The notes: a model not told the origin generated them from the sequence alone. Positions 23,311 through 36,621 are shown, counted from the whole stretch's first letter. The stretch is DNA of 63,130 nt, filler included, from Globobulimina sp. (GCA_003354225.1; 57 parts of 57 records of this genome joined end to end with filler, not necessarily neighbours in it), one strand, 5' to 3'. A program made the numbers and translations.

Positions 23311-23853
23311 CAATTAACGCATGCTAACACAGATTTTTTCAAATTGTATTATAATGTCAAACAATCGTTTTTTATGCCATCACAGGATGACATCACAGAC
23401 AAATCACTCGCATTAATGACATATGGATCATCACCTATACGTGTTACAAATGGTCAAGTGAATGAAATCGTCTTCCCTAATTGGGAAATTAATGAATCAG
23501 AGGTTTGCCGAATTTGTATCGGCTATGGCGTCGATAGCGTAAATGGCAGAGCTAATGTTTACTTCGGTCTCGGCAGAGACATACCTATTGTCCGGTCAAT
23601 TCCTAATTTCAATCATTTTGCATGTTTTATTGTAATCTTTGATACAGAAGAAACTGATTTTCAATTTACCACACAAATGAGAGTGCCAACTTTGCTGAAT
23701 TTAGCGGCAGCAGCTTTACCTCAGACACAGATAAATCATGCGCGTGATTCGATTCCCAAAGAAGTTGAGTTGTTTTTAGACGAAGCTGATTTCACCTTTG
23801 CTAAATATGACAATTCTGTGTTGCCGAAAACAAATTATATTACTCAAGTATAA
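23311..23853 (+). CDS. Hypothetical beta-strand-rich protein fragment
   Basis: Open frame of at least 169 aa; no recognised motif. Confidence 0.45.
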   Translation, partial: QLTHANTDFFKLYYNVKQSFFMPSQDDITDKSLALMTYGSSPIRVTNGQVNEIVFPNWEINESEVCRICIGYGVDSVNGRANVYFGLGRDIPIVRSIPNFNHFACFIVIFDTEETDFQFTTQMRVPTLLNLAAAALPQTQINHARDSIPKEVELFLDEADFTFAKYDNSVLPKTNYITQV

Positions 23854-24420
23854 TAATAAATTAGGGTATGGTGATATACACATTAATTATCTGATAATTA
23901 TTTTATAAAAATATCGCAAATTTGATCATATAAATACCGATACTGAGGAATCGGACACTGATATTCAATAAACTCCATCATTGTATTAGGATTCAAATAA
24001 AACATTTGATTAAATGTGTGCCTTTTGTTGAATTTTTTCTTGCGTAGCTTTAAAGAAATATTGTTTAAACTTGGCGCTCAAGATAAGCAGTACATACGAC
24101 AGTGTAAAATTATTACTGGGAAATTACGGTACAAGAAATCACGGTCCGGTCTACGTACAAGTACAAACTGTCAGTGTCAAATTTACAAATTTTTTGAAAA
24201 GTTTTGTCAACAATACAAGAAATGGCTAACAACGAGAAACAACAATTGAAGAAAATGATCACAAAGGAACTGAAAAGATCGAGAAAGAGAACGGACAAGA
24301 AACAGAAAAGATCGGAAACGNNNNNNNNNNNNNNNNNNNNNNNNNNNNNNNNNNNNNNNNNNNNTTAATTAATTAANNNNNNNNNNNNNNNNNNNNNNNN
24401 NNNNNNNNNNNNNNNNNNNN

Positions 24421-25430
24421 AAATTTGATTTATATTTGTCATTAGACCTCACCACAACCGTCCCTTTCCCAGACAGCGCGATCGAAATTTCACACAACAG
24501 CACCTGTCCATACATCGAACACGAATAATACAAAATGTTCCCTTTATTTGGTATATTCCTATGATGAATAAAAAATAATTTATGTACCACCAACAACGAT
24601 TTAATCTGTTGCATATCATTGGAGCGTGCTTTATAAATCTGCAATTTCGCCTCTTTCTGTGCCGAGATCGCCTTCCATTGAGACAAAAACTGATCGCGTG
24701 GCAAACTCCCTTTCGTCTCGAAAAACAAATGAATGGGGACTATCAATTTGCATTTTATCGCATATAAATTCGTATTCACAATCAACTCCGCACTGAAATC
24801 GAATTTATTATTATTCATCAAACCACTTTGCATTATGCTCATATTATCCACCAACACCAATGGCACATTACACACACACTTGGCTTTGTACTCGATCGCC
24901 GACAACAAATTGATGCTCGTCACCGTCGTAGTGACGCCGATATAATTCCTATTAAATTTTACTTTCAATTTATGTATAGCTTTCCCACTCACATTCTCAT
25001 TGACAATCAGCAACCGCACGGTGGCTTTGCTATGCACCAAACCAAACTCTGCAGACACTCGAATCCCGCCCATCTCCCCACAAACCACTAAGTCCGTAAC
25101 CGCATCGAACGGGGTTTTATCCACAGATATTTCCCTCGAATGCGACTGAGATTTGGATTGGAAGTTATTTATAATCATAGTCGCATTTACAGCTTGGTGA
25201 TTATTGGCAGTCTCCGCCGCAGCATCGTAGTCTAATGACTCATTGCTGCTCTCCGACTCATGCTTGCCATGGATAACCACCGTGGCACCCTGTCCTCCCA
25301 CGGTAAAATCGCCAGAATTATCCATCGCGATGCCTGTGTTGTTTTGCTTGGGATAGCGGATTTTGTTCATATTGACCGCCTCCTCCAACTCTACATTTTT
25401 ATTCATCTGAATCTTCTCAAATTGCTGCAT
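24421..25430 (-). CDS. Protein ending in a beta-adaptin appendage (AP1/AP2 beta-like platform) domain
   Basis: KFNRNYIG, PIHLFFETKGSLPRDQFLSQWKAI....E, LYYS. Confidence 0.75.
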
Positions 25431-25530
25431 NNNNNNNNNNNNNNNNNNNNNNNNNNNNNNNNNNNNNNNNNNNNTTAATTAATTAANNNNNNNNNNNNNN
25501 NNNNNNNNNNNNNNNNNNNNNNNNNNNNNN

Positions 25531-26540
25531 CGCATTCATTCGCCGCCAATTTCACCCGTAACGCATTGATATATTGCGACGATATCTTAATTAAATTGCG
25601 CGCATCTCTCAACTCGTCCGATTCGCTGATACATAGCAACGGAATCATGTGCAAGATCTTGCGGAATTTGTCAATGGCCGTCGCAAATTGCGCATCAGTC
25701 ACACATTTATAGGCATTTTTGCAGAGTTCATGGCAATGGTTCAAGTTCAATGAGATATTGCTCATATAATCTTTTTTATCCTTTTCATCCCTGCGAATCC
25801 CAACAAACATATCACTCGAATTGGGCACCACCGACAACACAGCGGCGCAGCCGGCAAATATATGTAAGAAGTACTCCCGTAAAGGCGCGAAATTGACGAT
25901 ACCAAATTGGCGATGTAGCGATTCCTGTGCTAAATCAAAGGAGCCGCTCGCGATCATATCGCTAGCACAGATACTGCGCTCTAACCAACGATCCCGGATA
26001 GTTTTGCCCGTCGAAGGCATGCTAAATAAATCATTCATTTCTTCTTTATGCTCGGCGACGTCCTCCTCGTCGCTGCTTAATTCCAAATCATCCACTTCGT
26101 CCGCAATGGCTATATTTTTATCTGCTGCCTTCTCCCGTTCCCATATACCATCCTCATCACTCAGCTCTTCGTTAAAATTGTCATCCATATCCTCATCACT
26201 CCCATCGTCTGCGTCAGGGCTCCGGGCCACATGTTTTATTTCGCGCTTTTCCTCCGTTATTAGGTCCGCTTGGTCGAATAAGTCGCGTTCTTTCGCCAAT
26301 TGCGGCCAATTATATCTCTCGTCATTGGCAAAAGGACCGTATATTACACGCACGGCGTCCCATTTATCATTGGCATGCGGCAATATCTTACGCGGTTTAG
26401 AAATATAACAATATATATTTGTACAGGCTGCAAATTAACATATTATTGTATTTAGAAAGCTTACCTTAATCTCCTTGTCCACTAAATGCGTCTCTTTAAT
26501 GTCATTGGCGACCGCATGTAAACCATTACTCGCCGCCGTC
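25531..26540 (-). CDS. COPA: Coatomer subunit alpha, C-terminal region (probable intron 26387-26464)
   Basis: TAASNGL, NWPQL, acidic linker, ASGSFDLAQESLHRQFGIVNFAPL, AIDKFRKILH. Confidence 0.9.
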
Positions 26541-26640
26541 NNNNNNNNNNNNNNNNNNNNNNNNNNNNNNNNNNNNNNNNNNNNTTAATTAATTAANNNN
26601 NNNNNNNNNNNNNNNNNNNNNNNNNNNNNNNNNNNNNNNN

Positions 26641-27253
26641 GAGAATCGGTGAGATCCACATTTAACTGATACAATTTATTTAGAAACAGAGTCATTATGC
26701 CAATGGAAAGTGAGAGATCGATGATTTGTGTGATGCCCATATCTATATCGCCCACAATGGCATATAATGAGTCTGTGTCTTCATTCCGATTATGGTTATA
26801 TAGATAGGTATAGATGGAGGTTTGCATAATGTATGAAAGCAGGAATATGGAGACGCCAATATAAAAGATGCAAAATGTTCTATTGGAAGAGGCGTATTTG
26901 GTATTCAGGAAACTGTGCTTGAGCCGTTGTAAGAATAATAGATATAAAAAAGCTTGGCCAAGACGCCAGAATATGCCCCATGACATTTGAAAGATATGAT
27001 CGCCTAATTTGCCTTTAAGAATATAGGATGGATTTAATATAAAATATAATAACATTATACACGAGGATATCGCGTACATTATGATGGATAAAATACTGTA
27101 ATATTTAATACGTAGAGATGGTTGTTTGTGCCGTTTGTGTCGTTTTATATCAATACAGTCAAATAGTATTAAAAATAATATGGTGCAAAATACTGTGCAC
27201 GCACCGTGTAAGGCGATGAATAGACGTTTATGCTGAGGTGTAATCAGGGTCAT
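26641..27253 (-). CDS. 7TM-like membrane protein, 3' truncated
   Basis: Five TM helices; LFLQRLKHSF..TKY and LFLNKL loop motifs. Confidence 0.6.
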
Positions 27254-27931
27254 TATTGATTATTTAATGAGGTGCATGAGATTCGATCAAATGTTGTTTC
27301 CCATCAGAAGTTAAGTGATTTTTCAGTTACATAAAATTATTAAAAAAAATGTTACCACATTAATTGTTTTCGTGTTATCAAGCAATTCTTTTAGTGTAAA
27401 ATGATAATTAAGTTGTAATATTAAATATTTACATTAATTTGAAGACACTCACATATTCGGCCATTATGATGGTAGTGATATTCGGCCATTATTCTTACAG
27501 CAATCGGATGATCCCGTTTCAACGTTGTGGAGTAGAAAATTTCTACTCCAGGCATACGATTGAATATGATGCTATATTCTGTGATGGGAGTCGATAATAC
27601 GATGGATAAACATCGGAGTTTCCCAGAAATTTCAAACGGTAATTGTTTANNNNNNNNNNNNNNNNNNNNNNNNNNNNNNNNNNNNNNNNNNNNTTAATTA
27701 ATTAANNNNNNNNNNNNNNNNNNNNNNNNNNNNNNNNNNNNNNNNNNNNAATCACTTGCGGAATACAACCGAGCACTTTTACTTCTTCTGCTGCTTCTAC
27801 TGCATGATGTGCTACTTCTTTTTCTTCGTCTTCGTGACCCTCTCCGTCCGCCGTTCGCATTGCCATGGTGACAAGTAAAGTAAAGTTGTGTAAGTTTAGT
27901 TGTTGATAAATTTAAAAAAAACTTTGAAAGC

Positions 27932-28758
27932 ATGGAGGCAAAAGAAGCAATCATTGCAAGTAACCCAGATCCTACATTTGCAGCATATGCAACACATTTT
28001 GACATTACAAAATTATCAAATCATACACTAAATGTTATTGTAGGCAACAGATCGAGCAACAAAAAAACTTTTATTAAATGTGGCTTTTGCGGTAAATATG
28101 ACAGATTGGGCACAAATAATTGTTCTAAATGTAATTCATTATTAAAGGATGATGGAATAGTCAGTAATTTATTGAGTGATGAACAAACAGCTGCGGACTA
28201 TACAAAAACAGATGAATTTCTAGATTGTTGTGATAAATGTATGAATAATTTTACGTTCGGATGTATTTATTTATCAATATTTGCAGTCTTATTTGTATTC
28301 CCATTGTTTGAGATAATAAATATCAGTGCACATTGGAATAATTATGGTGGCTGTTCAGTATATTTTCAATATTTATTATTATCCAAATTATTAATTACAA
28401 TATTTTTATATAGTTTAGTTGCAATGCATTTATTTATTAAGAAAATGAAATTATTGCTAAATAAACGTTTGATTTTATGTATTGGAATGCTTTTATTTTT
28501 TATATGGTTAATTGTGGCAAGTATCTCTTTTTGGGGCGATAATAATTTCGATCATAACCATTGTAATGCACATAATCAATTTACAGCGGGATATTATGAT
28601 TTGATGTATATTGAAATAATGTTAGTTTGGGCCGTTTTTGCATTTATAATCTCGTATTTAATATGGATTACAATGGCAAAACATGAGAAGTTGATTCGTA
28701 ACATCGTGTATGGCCAGGCATGTATGATTGGAATATGTTTACCGGCGGCAATGCCAAT
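27932..28758 (+). CDS. Zinc ribbon plus multi-pass membrane protein
   Basis: CGFCG...CSKCN followed by 4-5 TM helices. Confidence 0.6.
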
Positions 28759-28933
28759 NNNNNNNNNNNNNNNNNNNNNNNNNNNNNNNNNNNNNNNNNN
28801 NNTTAATTAATTAANNNNNNNNNNNNNNNNNNNNNNNNNNNNNNNNNNNNNNNNNNNNGTGTTTGCATGAAAACAAAAAGGAAAAAACAGGATTTTTAAA
28901 TGCATAAATCACCAAAACACTGTAGTGTTTTCG

Positions 28934-29867
28934 ATGGCATCTCAATCCAAAATAAAAGCATTTTTAAATGTGCTCGCTCCATTTGCAAACAGCAAATCAA
29001 AACGACTTGCTTTGTTACTATTATTCGCATTCCTCATATACCATTTTACACAAAAACGATTGAATCAATCAATTAACAATAAAGCACCATCACCATCACC
29101 ACAGCCACAACCTAATATTTATGAACAAAAAGAAGAAAAAGAATCCTCATCAATCGATGAAAAACAACGCGAAGCACCAATATATGAGTCAAGTTTAACT
29201 GATATCGTGAATATGGAAGAAATAAACACAAAGTTTGCATATCCTCGCACTGCACACAAAGTTTGCATACATATATAATAATATATTAATAACATTACAG
29301 ATTACATGTGTTGGAAGAAGAAAATCATTTATTATTGAAGAAAATCGATGATTTAGAAATCTGTAATAAAACTGCAAATAAACAGATCAAATTAACCAAA
29401 CAAAGAATGATTGAAACCATCACAGAATATCAGCGATTGGAGGAAGAAAATAATGAGTTACAGCAAGAGATTGATGATATTGGCAAACATAATGATGCTT
29501 TGCAGGAAGAAAATGGTTCATTCAAAATACAAATGCAAACAGCAAATCAATATGAAAATATTGTCAATAAGTTACAGTTAGAAATGGAAGAAACTAATAA
29601 CAAATACTCGGATTATGATCAATTATTATCCGCCATTGAGAAATATAAAAGTGAACAACAGCAATTTTCAGAGAAAATTATGAAAAACGAGACTGAATTG
29701 GATCAATTAAGGCAAATAAATGAAAATATTTTGACGGCTCATGATAATGAATTGGATAAAATAAAACAGCAATTTAGCGAGAAAATGATTAAAAATAGTG
29801 AGGAATTAGAAATGCAGCGAAAAAGTGGTTTGATTGAAAGTGATAAATTAAGACAAACCATACAAGA
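28934..29867 (+). CDS. N-terminal TM plus long coiled coil (intron 29233-29300)
   Basis: 68-nt GT..AG intron joins the 28925 and 29308 ORFs in frame. Confidence 0.7.
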
Positions 29868-30063
29868 NNNNNNNNNNNNNNNNNNNNNNNNNNNNNNNNN
29901 NNNNNNNNNNNTTAATTAATTAANNNNNNNNNNNNNNNNNNNNNNNNNNNNNNNNNNNNNNNNNNNNAACCTTGCCAATCACAAAAGAAGTGTTTAGAAG
30001 TTTAAGCCTAAAAAGTCAATTGTGTTCGTGCTGTAATATTTAAGCTGTTTTTAGTTGCAAGTA

Positions 30064-30800
30064 ATGGCAACAAAAGAAACAGTCAAATATATTGAAATGC
30101 ATTCAGAATTTGATAAAACAATCACCAAAGAAACTCTCTACAAATTACATAAAAGCAAACAGATATCTTCAAACATCAGAGATTATACAAACATTGGGTG
30201 GTATTCATACAATATTGGATGTTTGTCTGTGTTCGAATGAGTTACAATTGACAAAGACTCAGAAATTAAAGACATTGCAGCAAATTATAAACAACGCAAA
30301 TGACAGCGATATTAATAAGAAAGATGGCAATAATACACAGTTTGAGTACACATTTGATACAAATGATACATTTTTACATTCAATATTAGCTCAAACAAAG
30401 TCCGAAAAAATCCGTGTTTGCCAACTGTGTTTGGAGTATTTATGGTTTTGGGAATCTCATTCATTTCGTCATTTGATGCTTTTAATATGAGCAAAACAAA
30501 TAAATTGATTATGAGCGGAGCTGCAGCGGTGTTTATGACTGTCGTAGCTGTCTAATTTCAATTTATTGTCTCTGAAGAGTCCGATTATAAAATACGGATT
30601 GCGTTTACAAATCGCATAATTTCAATGATCTCATTCTCATTACAGAGCAATGCATCAAAAGTTCTTTGTATATTTCTTTGGAAACAAGTCATTGACGATT
30701 CCTCCAAACATTACATGGATTGATTCAAAAAAGGAAAATATTGAAAACAAAAGTGATGAAATTACAGAAGAGACAATAAGTAAGAATACTGAAACCTAGT
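30064..30800 (+). pseudogene. Frameshifted membrane-protein gene
   Basis: Overlapping ORF fragments in alternating frames with hydrophobic segments. Confidence 0.4.
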
Positions 30801-31076
30801 AGGGGACAGGCCCCAAGAACCCACAGAGATTTTTTTGTGTTTTCCAATTTGTTTGATCAAACAAAAGAAACATGAGAACAAATATCCAATGCTCGAGGCG
30901 ATAATAAGAAGTTTGATAGTGAATTCGCCTCATATTCTTCTTTCTTCCTATCAATCTGCAATTACTGTCGCTGTTANNNNNNNNNNNNNNNNNNNNNNNN
31001 NNNNNNNNNNNNNNNNNNNNTTAATTAATTAANNNNNNNNNNNNNNNNNNNNNNNNNNNNNNNNNNNNNNNNNNNN

Positions 31077-32085
31077 CTCAACGCATTCCCAGTTTGTACA
31101 AACAAACACTCTTTGTCTGGTGGGAAATCTAACAACCATTCACATCGAAAATGTGGTGCAGGCTCAGCATAATCGTTCCAAAATGCCACGATGATACCCT
31201 TTGAACGGGCAAAATTAACAGCAACTGGCCAGCTTGTTGTGGTCGATAATGGGATATATATTCTGTTCCAATGACCTTCCAGAGGGAAAATCATTTTTTT
31301 ATCAATGCCGTGATAATATATTTCTGCATGCTGTGGATGAATAAATCCATGCACTATTTCATCCAAAAATATAGCCATGTGACAAAATGCTGCATGATGT
31401 TTACGAATATCAGCTTTTGACTCATTCTCGCGGTTTTTCCTGTAGCTCTTGCTAAATTCATAAGAATAATGATCAAAATTGCAATACAACATCACTGATA
31501 ACAAGTGTTGTACAGTTAATGTCAAATTTTCATATTTAGTATTCAAATATTTTTGTTTGACATATGGTTTGAATTCTTTGGCATATGCAGTATTCAAATA
31601 TAATTCTGCTTTTTTAAATGCACACTTGAATTGTAATGGAGCAATGGTTCGATATTTATTATGTATCACCTCCTCTTTTAATGACCTATGTGCTGGTATT
31701 ACATATCCAGCATAGTTATCATATTCGTCACACAACCCATCAGTCCCATCTTTCTCATAATATACAAATTGATATCCAAACTGATACAATGCTGAACCAT
31801 CATTCATGTTTTCTGATTTCTCTTCATTTTGGTTGTATGTCACACTTATAAACCTGCTGCGTTCTGGGGATCCAAATGAATTTTGAATACTTCTATATAA
31901 CGTATGTGGGGATGATAATTTTCTAATTGTTGAAATACATTCATCTTTCAATTTGAATGGGTTTTGTTGTGCTATATTTAATGTATCAGCACATGTATTT
32001 GGTTCATTTTCTTTATCGCGCGTATTGACTCTAAATCCAATATCAAATGAATGATGATAATAACAATGTATTTTTTTCAATATTT
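31077..32085 (-). CDS. Putative ADP-ribosyltransferase-like (R/H-STS-E) domain protein
   Basis: YYHGI ... PLSTTTSWPVAVNFA..KGIIV ... DFPPDKECLF ordered like the ART catalytic motifs. Confidence 0.6.
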
Positions 32086-32554
32086 NNNNNNNNNNNNNNN
32101 NNNNNNNNNNNNNNNNNNNNNNNNNNNNNTTAATTAATTAANNNNNNNNNNNNNNNNNNNNNNNNNNNNNNNNNNNNNNNNNNNNGATGTATGGAGCCAA
32201 CAATTAATGCATTTGCTTCGTCCAACAATGCTTCTTTATCATCTTTGCTGTCTGTCGGAATTGTTGGTAATGTGTCCGATGTATTGATTGGTGGCAATTG
32301 TATTTTTTTAATGGAAACACCGAGAGAATTTAGGTATTTTTCGGCTTTGTTTATCTTTTTTTGGAGTTGTTTTGGTATTTTCTGCAATGGGATATGACAG
32401 CGTAATGGGATTATTATCTTACTGTTATAACGTTGCGATATTATAAACACTGGACTTCTAACGGATTTGGGGGAGTACTTTCTTATTAGCTGCATTATCA
32501 AAGCTATGTACTGTGTGGTTTTGAAGTAAGTTTTGGATAATTCGTCTTCAAACA

Positions 32555-33194
32555 ATGGAGCTTCAAAATACCACGTGCTTAATGCACAACCAATTGGGGA
32601 AATATATATTCAGTGAACCAATACAAGTGAACGGCTACTGGACTGTAAAAAAGTTGCGTACAAAATTAGCCATAAAACTAAGAATGAACGCTGATGAGCT
32701 AGTGATGAGATATAATTTCCATGATCAAGAATTAAACGATGAATCATTAGTGTTGCGTGATTGTGGCTTGTTTACCAGCCATGGTTTAGGCGCAGCAAAT
32801 CATATTTACATTGAAAAAGGTAAACCTTTAAAAACCGGAAAGGAGTATAGATTTTCAATATTTGTTGGAAATGAAATGAATGATGAAAAGTTAGTATTTG
32901 GATACATTTATTCAGAATATGAAAAGGTTAAAAATAAAGATATTATAATTAGTGAATCAAATATATTTAATATTATTCCAACCACATTAAAACGAATAAT
33001 ATTTAAATTTTATTTTATCAGACAACATGAAGCTAAATTAAATTTTATTGGAAACATAATATTGTTAAAAGATATGAAAACGATTGATGTAAAAAGAAGA
33101 ATTTTTAAGAAATTTGGAAATAAAATCGCATCATCATTTGAGTTAATGCGATTAAGACATATTTTAACATCGTATAAAGGTTATTCGTTGGCAA
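32555..33194 (+). CDS. Ubiquitin-like repeat region resembling USP47/USP40-type C-terminus, with inserted LVFGYI...IP module
   Basis: WTVKKLRTKLA, IYIEKGKPLKTGKEY, DVKRRI...MRLR. Confidence 0.45.
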
Positions 33195-33472
33195 NNNNNN
33201 NNNNNNNNNNNNNNNNNNNNNNNNNNNNNNNNNNNNNNTTAATTAATTAANNNNNNNNNNNNNNNNNNNNNNNNNNNNNNNNNNNNNNNNNNNNTGTGTA
33301 TATTTACATTGTTCCATAGATTTATTGCTTTGTTTTGGCTGTGGATTATCATTCATCTTTGCTTCATTGTCGTTGTAGACTTTTGGTTGTGCCATGATAT
33401 AAGTGTGATATATACAGAGTACAAACAAGCTTAAATATTTTTCATTATTTTTCTGTGTCTTCACTTGTGTCT

Positions 33473-34303
33473 TCACAGCGAATTGTTATAATCCAAAACC
33501 CATTCAATGGCTTTATCAATATTATCGACTGTAGCACTTGGTTTTGGATTGATTTTCTCCGCATCATTTTCAATATATTTCCCAGTTTTAACCAAAATTC
33601 CTTTCATACCAAATTTCATCGCACCATAAATATCATCGTTTACGTCATCTCCAATCATCACACATTCATCAAATTTACATCCAATTTTAGTCAAACCGTC
33701 CTCAAAAAAGTATTTTGATGGTTTACCAACGACAGTTGCTTTCACATTCGATGCATATTCCAAACCTTTAACAAATGCGCCGGTTGCTAAATTATTAATA
33801 TTTTCATTTTTTTGTTCGTTTTTGCCCTCCTCTTTGCAATCAATAATATTAACATTCTCTCTGTTTCTTTCATTGAAGTAACGTGCTTGATTTATGGCAT
33901 ATAATTTGCAGTTCTTATTATAATGTAAACAGTGGAATGTTGTGTTTAATTTTTGATATACAAAATCAAGCTTAGATAAGCCAACAAAAACTGAATCAAT
34001 TTTATTATAATGTTTTGATTTTATAATTTCAGTTTGATTGGAATAATATGGCTCAAATTCTTCGACGGTGTCTGATGAGATTAATAACAAAGGAGTAAAA
34101 TTATTTGTTTTTATTATATTTGCAGCGGACGATGATGCAGTCACTAATTCATTTGCTTTTATTTCAAGACCAATATTTTTTAATTGATGCACTAGTTTTG
34201 ATGTGGATGTCTTTGAATTATTGGTAACAAAACAATATTTTATGTTTGCTTCTCTTAGTTTTTGTAATGAACTTATGCAATTTCCAATGATTTTATCGCC
34301 AAT
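33473..34303 (-). CDS. HAD-superfamily IIA hydrolase (HDHD2/LHPP-like)
   Basis: FVTNNSK, GAFVKGLEYA, VVGKPS..FF, MIGDDVNDDIYGA...GMKGILVKTGKY. Confidence 0.9.
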   Translation of the reverse strand: MGDKIIGNCISSLQKLREANIKYCFVTNNSKTSTSKLVHQLKNIGLEIKANELVTASSSAANIIKTNNFTPLLLISSDTVEEFEPYYSNQTEIIKSKHYNKIDSVFVGLSKLDFVYQKLNTTFHCLHYNKNCKLYAINQARYFNERNRENVNIIDCKEEGKNEQKNENINNLATGAFVKGLEYASNVKATVVGKPSKYFFEDGLTKIGCKFDECVMIGDDVNDDIYGAMKFGMKGILVKTGKYIENDAEKINPKPSATVDNIDKAIEWVLDYNNSL

Positions 34304-34403
34304 NNNNNNNNNNNNNNNNNNNNNNNNNNNNNNNNNNNNNNNNNNNNTTAATTAATTAANNNNNNNNNNNNNNNNNNNNNNNNNNNNNNNNNNNNNNNNN
34401 NNN

Positions 34404-34858
34404 TCATTTTTATCAATTAATTTTAATAAAAAATAAAAAATTTTAAATAATACTTTCCAATATTTTTTGAATATTAATTTTAAAAACTTGGGATAGCGTG
34501 TAAATGAACTTAATATTAACAAAACCAATAGAAATTCATGAGTATTTTTACTAAAATCTTCAATGTCTTTTTGAGTGGATATTAACAGGTTTTTCAAATA
34601 TTTATTGAATCGATTGATAAACAGTGAATGACTCAAAAATACAGAAACACATTGTTGACATGAATACAGAATCGAAATAAACATATCATAATAATCATAT
34701 TGTTGAGCATTATTGTTCATGATATTTAATTTTGTTGTAAAGTCAACATATTTATAACAAGACCCATATATCTGTTCATTATGCTTGCATGTTTTATGAT
34801 CGTGGTTTGAACGATATCGAATTGCCAATTTTACGCTCATCGCATCATTCCAATTCAA
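34404..34858 (-). CDS. Hypothetical helical protein fragment
   Basis: Open AT-rich frame, no motif. Confidence 0.35.
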
Positions 34859-34896
34859 ATTTTAGGAAAAACTTACTTCTAACAACACCTCGCATC

Positions 34897-35412
34897 ATGT
34901 CCCACTTATTACAACCAACCATAGTGCTATTAAAAGACGGTTCAGAACAAGCCCAGGGCAAATCCCATGTAATCCATAACATCAACGCATGTCAAGCCGT
35001 CTCCGAAATCGTACGCACCACTCTCGGTCCGCGCGGTATGGATAAATTAATCTATAACCAAAACGGCGGCGTCACCATCTCCAACGACGGCCGCACCATC
35101 ATCGATTTATTAGACATCGTGCATCCCGCCGCCAAAACCTTAGTCGACATCGCCGTGGCCCAAGACAACGAAGTCGGCGATGGCACCACGAGCGTAGTGG
35201 TGTTAGCTGCTGAATTCTTAAAGCAAGCCAAGGAATTCATCCACGACGGCGTCCATCCACAGACAATTATCCGTTCCTTCCGCCACGCTCAAGCTTTAGT
35301 TACGTGCACCGCCCATTTTATAAACCCATCCTTGCACTCAAACCCACCAAAACCACACTAGGCATTGAAGAAAATCGACGAATTATCCATCAATTACAAG
35401 AACATGGACTCC
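34897..35412 (+). CDS. CCT7: Chaperonin CCT eta subunit, 5' part (intron 35299-35361)
   Basis: [10 protein letters not shown]...QGK.....[37 protein letters not shown]; 63-nt GT..AG intron. Confidence 0.93.
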
Positions 35413-35514
35413 NNNNNNNNNNNNNNNNNNNNNNNNNNNNNNNNNNNNNNNNNNNNTTAATTAATTAANNNNNNNNNNNNNNNNNNNNNNNNNNNNNNNN
35501 NNNNNNNNNNNNCT

Positions 35515-36222
35515 CATCACAATCAAAATAAATACAATGTCCAATATGAGTCTCCATATCAACAGCCATTACAACCACCGCCTCCTCCGCCACAGCCACC
35601 ATTCTCCCCCAACCAAAATCCGTACTGCAACTACAATAATCAGTATCCCACCAATTATACCACAAATTTCCAGACACCAAACGGCGACAAAATATTGAAA
35701 TCATTAAACATATCCGTCCACCAATCGCAAACCACCGGCAATATTCGGTATACCCTCAGAATCGATAATTTTACCCGCGAGTTCTTACCAGAATACATCA
35801 CAAAACTGCCCGGAGCCAACATCACTACGCATAATTCGCCCAAAAACCCAGACATTTATGTCGAGCAAACCTATCACGACATAGATAACGATCGAAATGA
35901 TCGGATTATAAAATATCTCAAAGAAATAACCTCATTGCATCACAATTATATCACTGAAACTATGGTCATGCCACAGATTGGCACATTAAACACCGCAAAC
36001 GGCAAAAAATTAAAACGTAATCATCAACACATTGACGAGTTGGAAATAAAATCATCAGATACAAACAATGAGCATCCTAAGAAGAAAAGAAAATTGTCCC
36101 AATTTGACGACATTGACACAACGCATAACAATGATAACAATGATAACTATGATAATTTAGGTATGATACCATTTGATTTGCAGCTTAAAACTGAGCAATT
36201 TACACAAAGATATAACGAGTGA
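35515..36222 (+). CDS. P/Q/N-rich low-complexity protein with NLS (PKKKRK)
   Basis: Frame open from contig start through the 35695 ORF. Confidence 0.5.
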   Translation, partial: HHNQNKYNVQYESPYQQPLQPPPPPPQPPFSPNQNPYCNYNNQYPTNYTTNFQTPNGDKILKSLNISVHQSQTTGNIRYTLRIDNFTREFLPEYITKLPGANITTHNSPKNPDIYVEQTYHDIDNDRNDRIIKYLKEITSLHHNYITETMVMPQIGTLNTANGKKLKRNHQHIDELEIKSSDTNNEHPKKKRKLSQFDDIDTTHNNDNNDNYDNLGMIPFDLQLKTEQFTQRYNE

Positions 36223-36621
36223 TTGGCGGACCTATGGACAAGAAAAAAAAAGCGAATCCATTCATACATTAAAAGACCGGCTGTTATCGGTATGTTACAT
36301 TTTGTATTATGTTGTTTGTATGTTATGTTTATAAATTTGTATATTTTATAATTCTGAACAGGAATTGGCAGCAACTGCATTACCAAAATGTAGTCACTGT
36401 AAACAAACCCTTGATGTCGGAGACGGGGAATATTGCGCCAAATGTGACGAATATACGAGTGGCAAACCTAAGGATGTCGAAGAGGGAAAGGGAGGCAATG
36501 TATGTTCAGAAATCGAGTTTGNNNNNNNNNNNNNNNNNNNNNNNNNNNNNNNNNNNNNNNNNNNNTTAATTAATTAANNNNNNNNNNNNNNNNNNNNNNN
36601 NNNNNNNNNNNNNNNNNNNNN

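Noticed and set aside
25821..26408. 195-aa plus-strand ORF
   Set aside because: Antisense shadow of COPA; the same applies to most short ORFs opposite real genes
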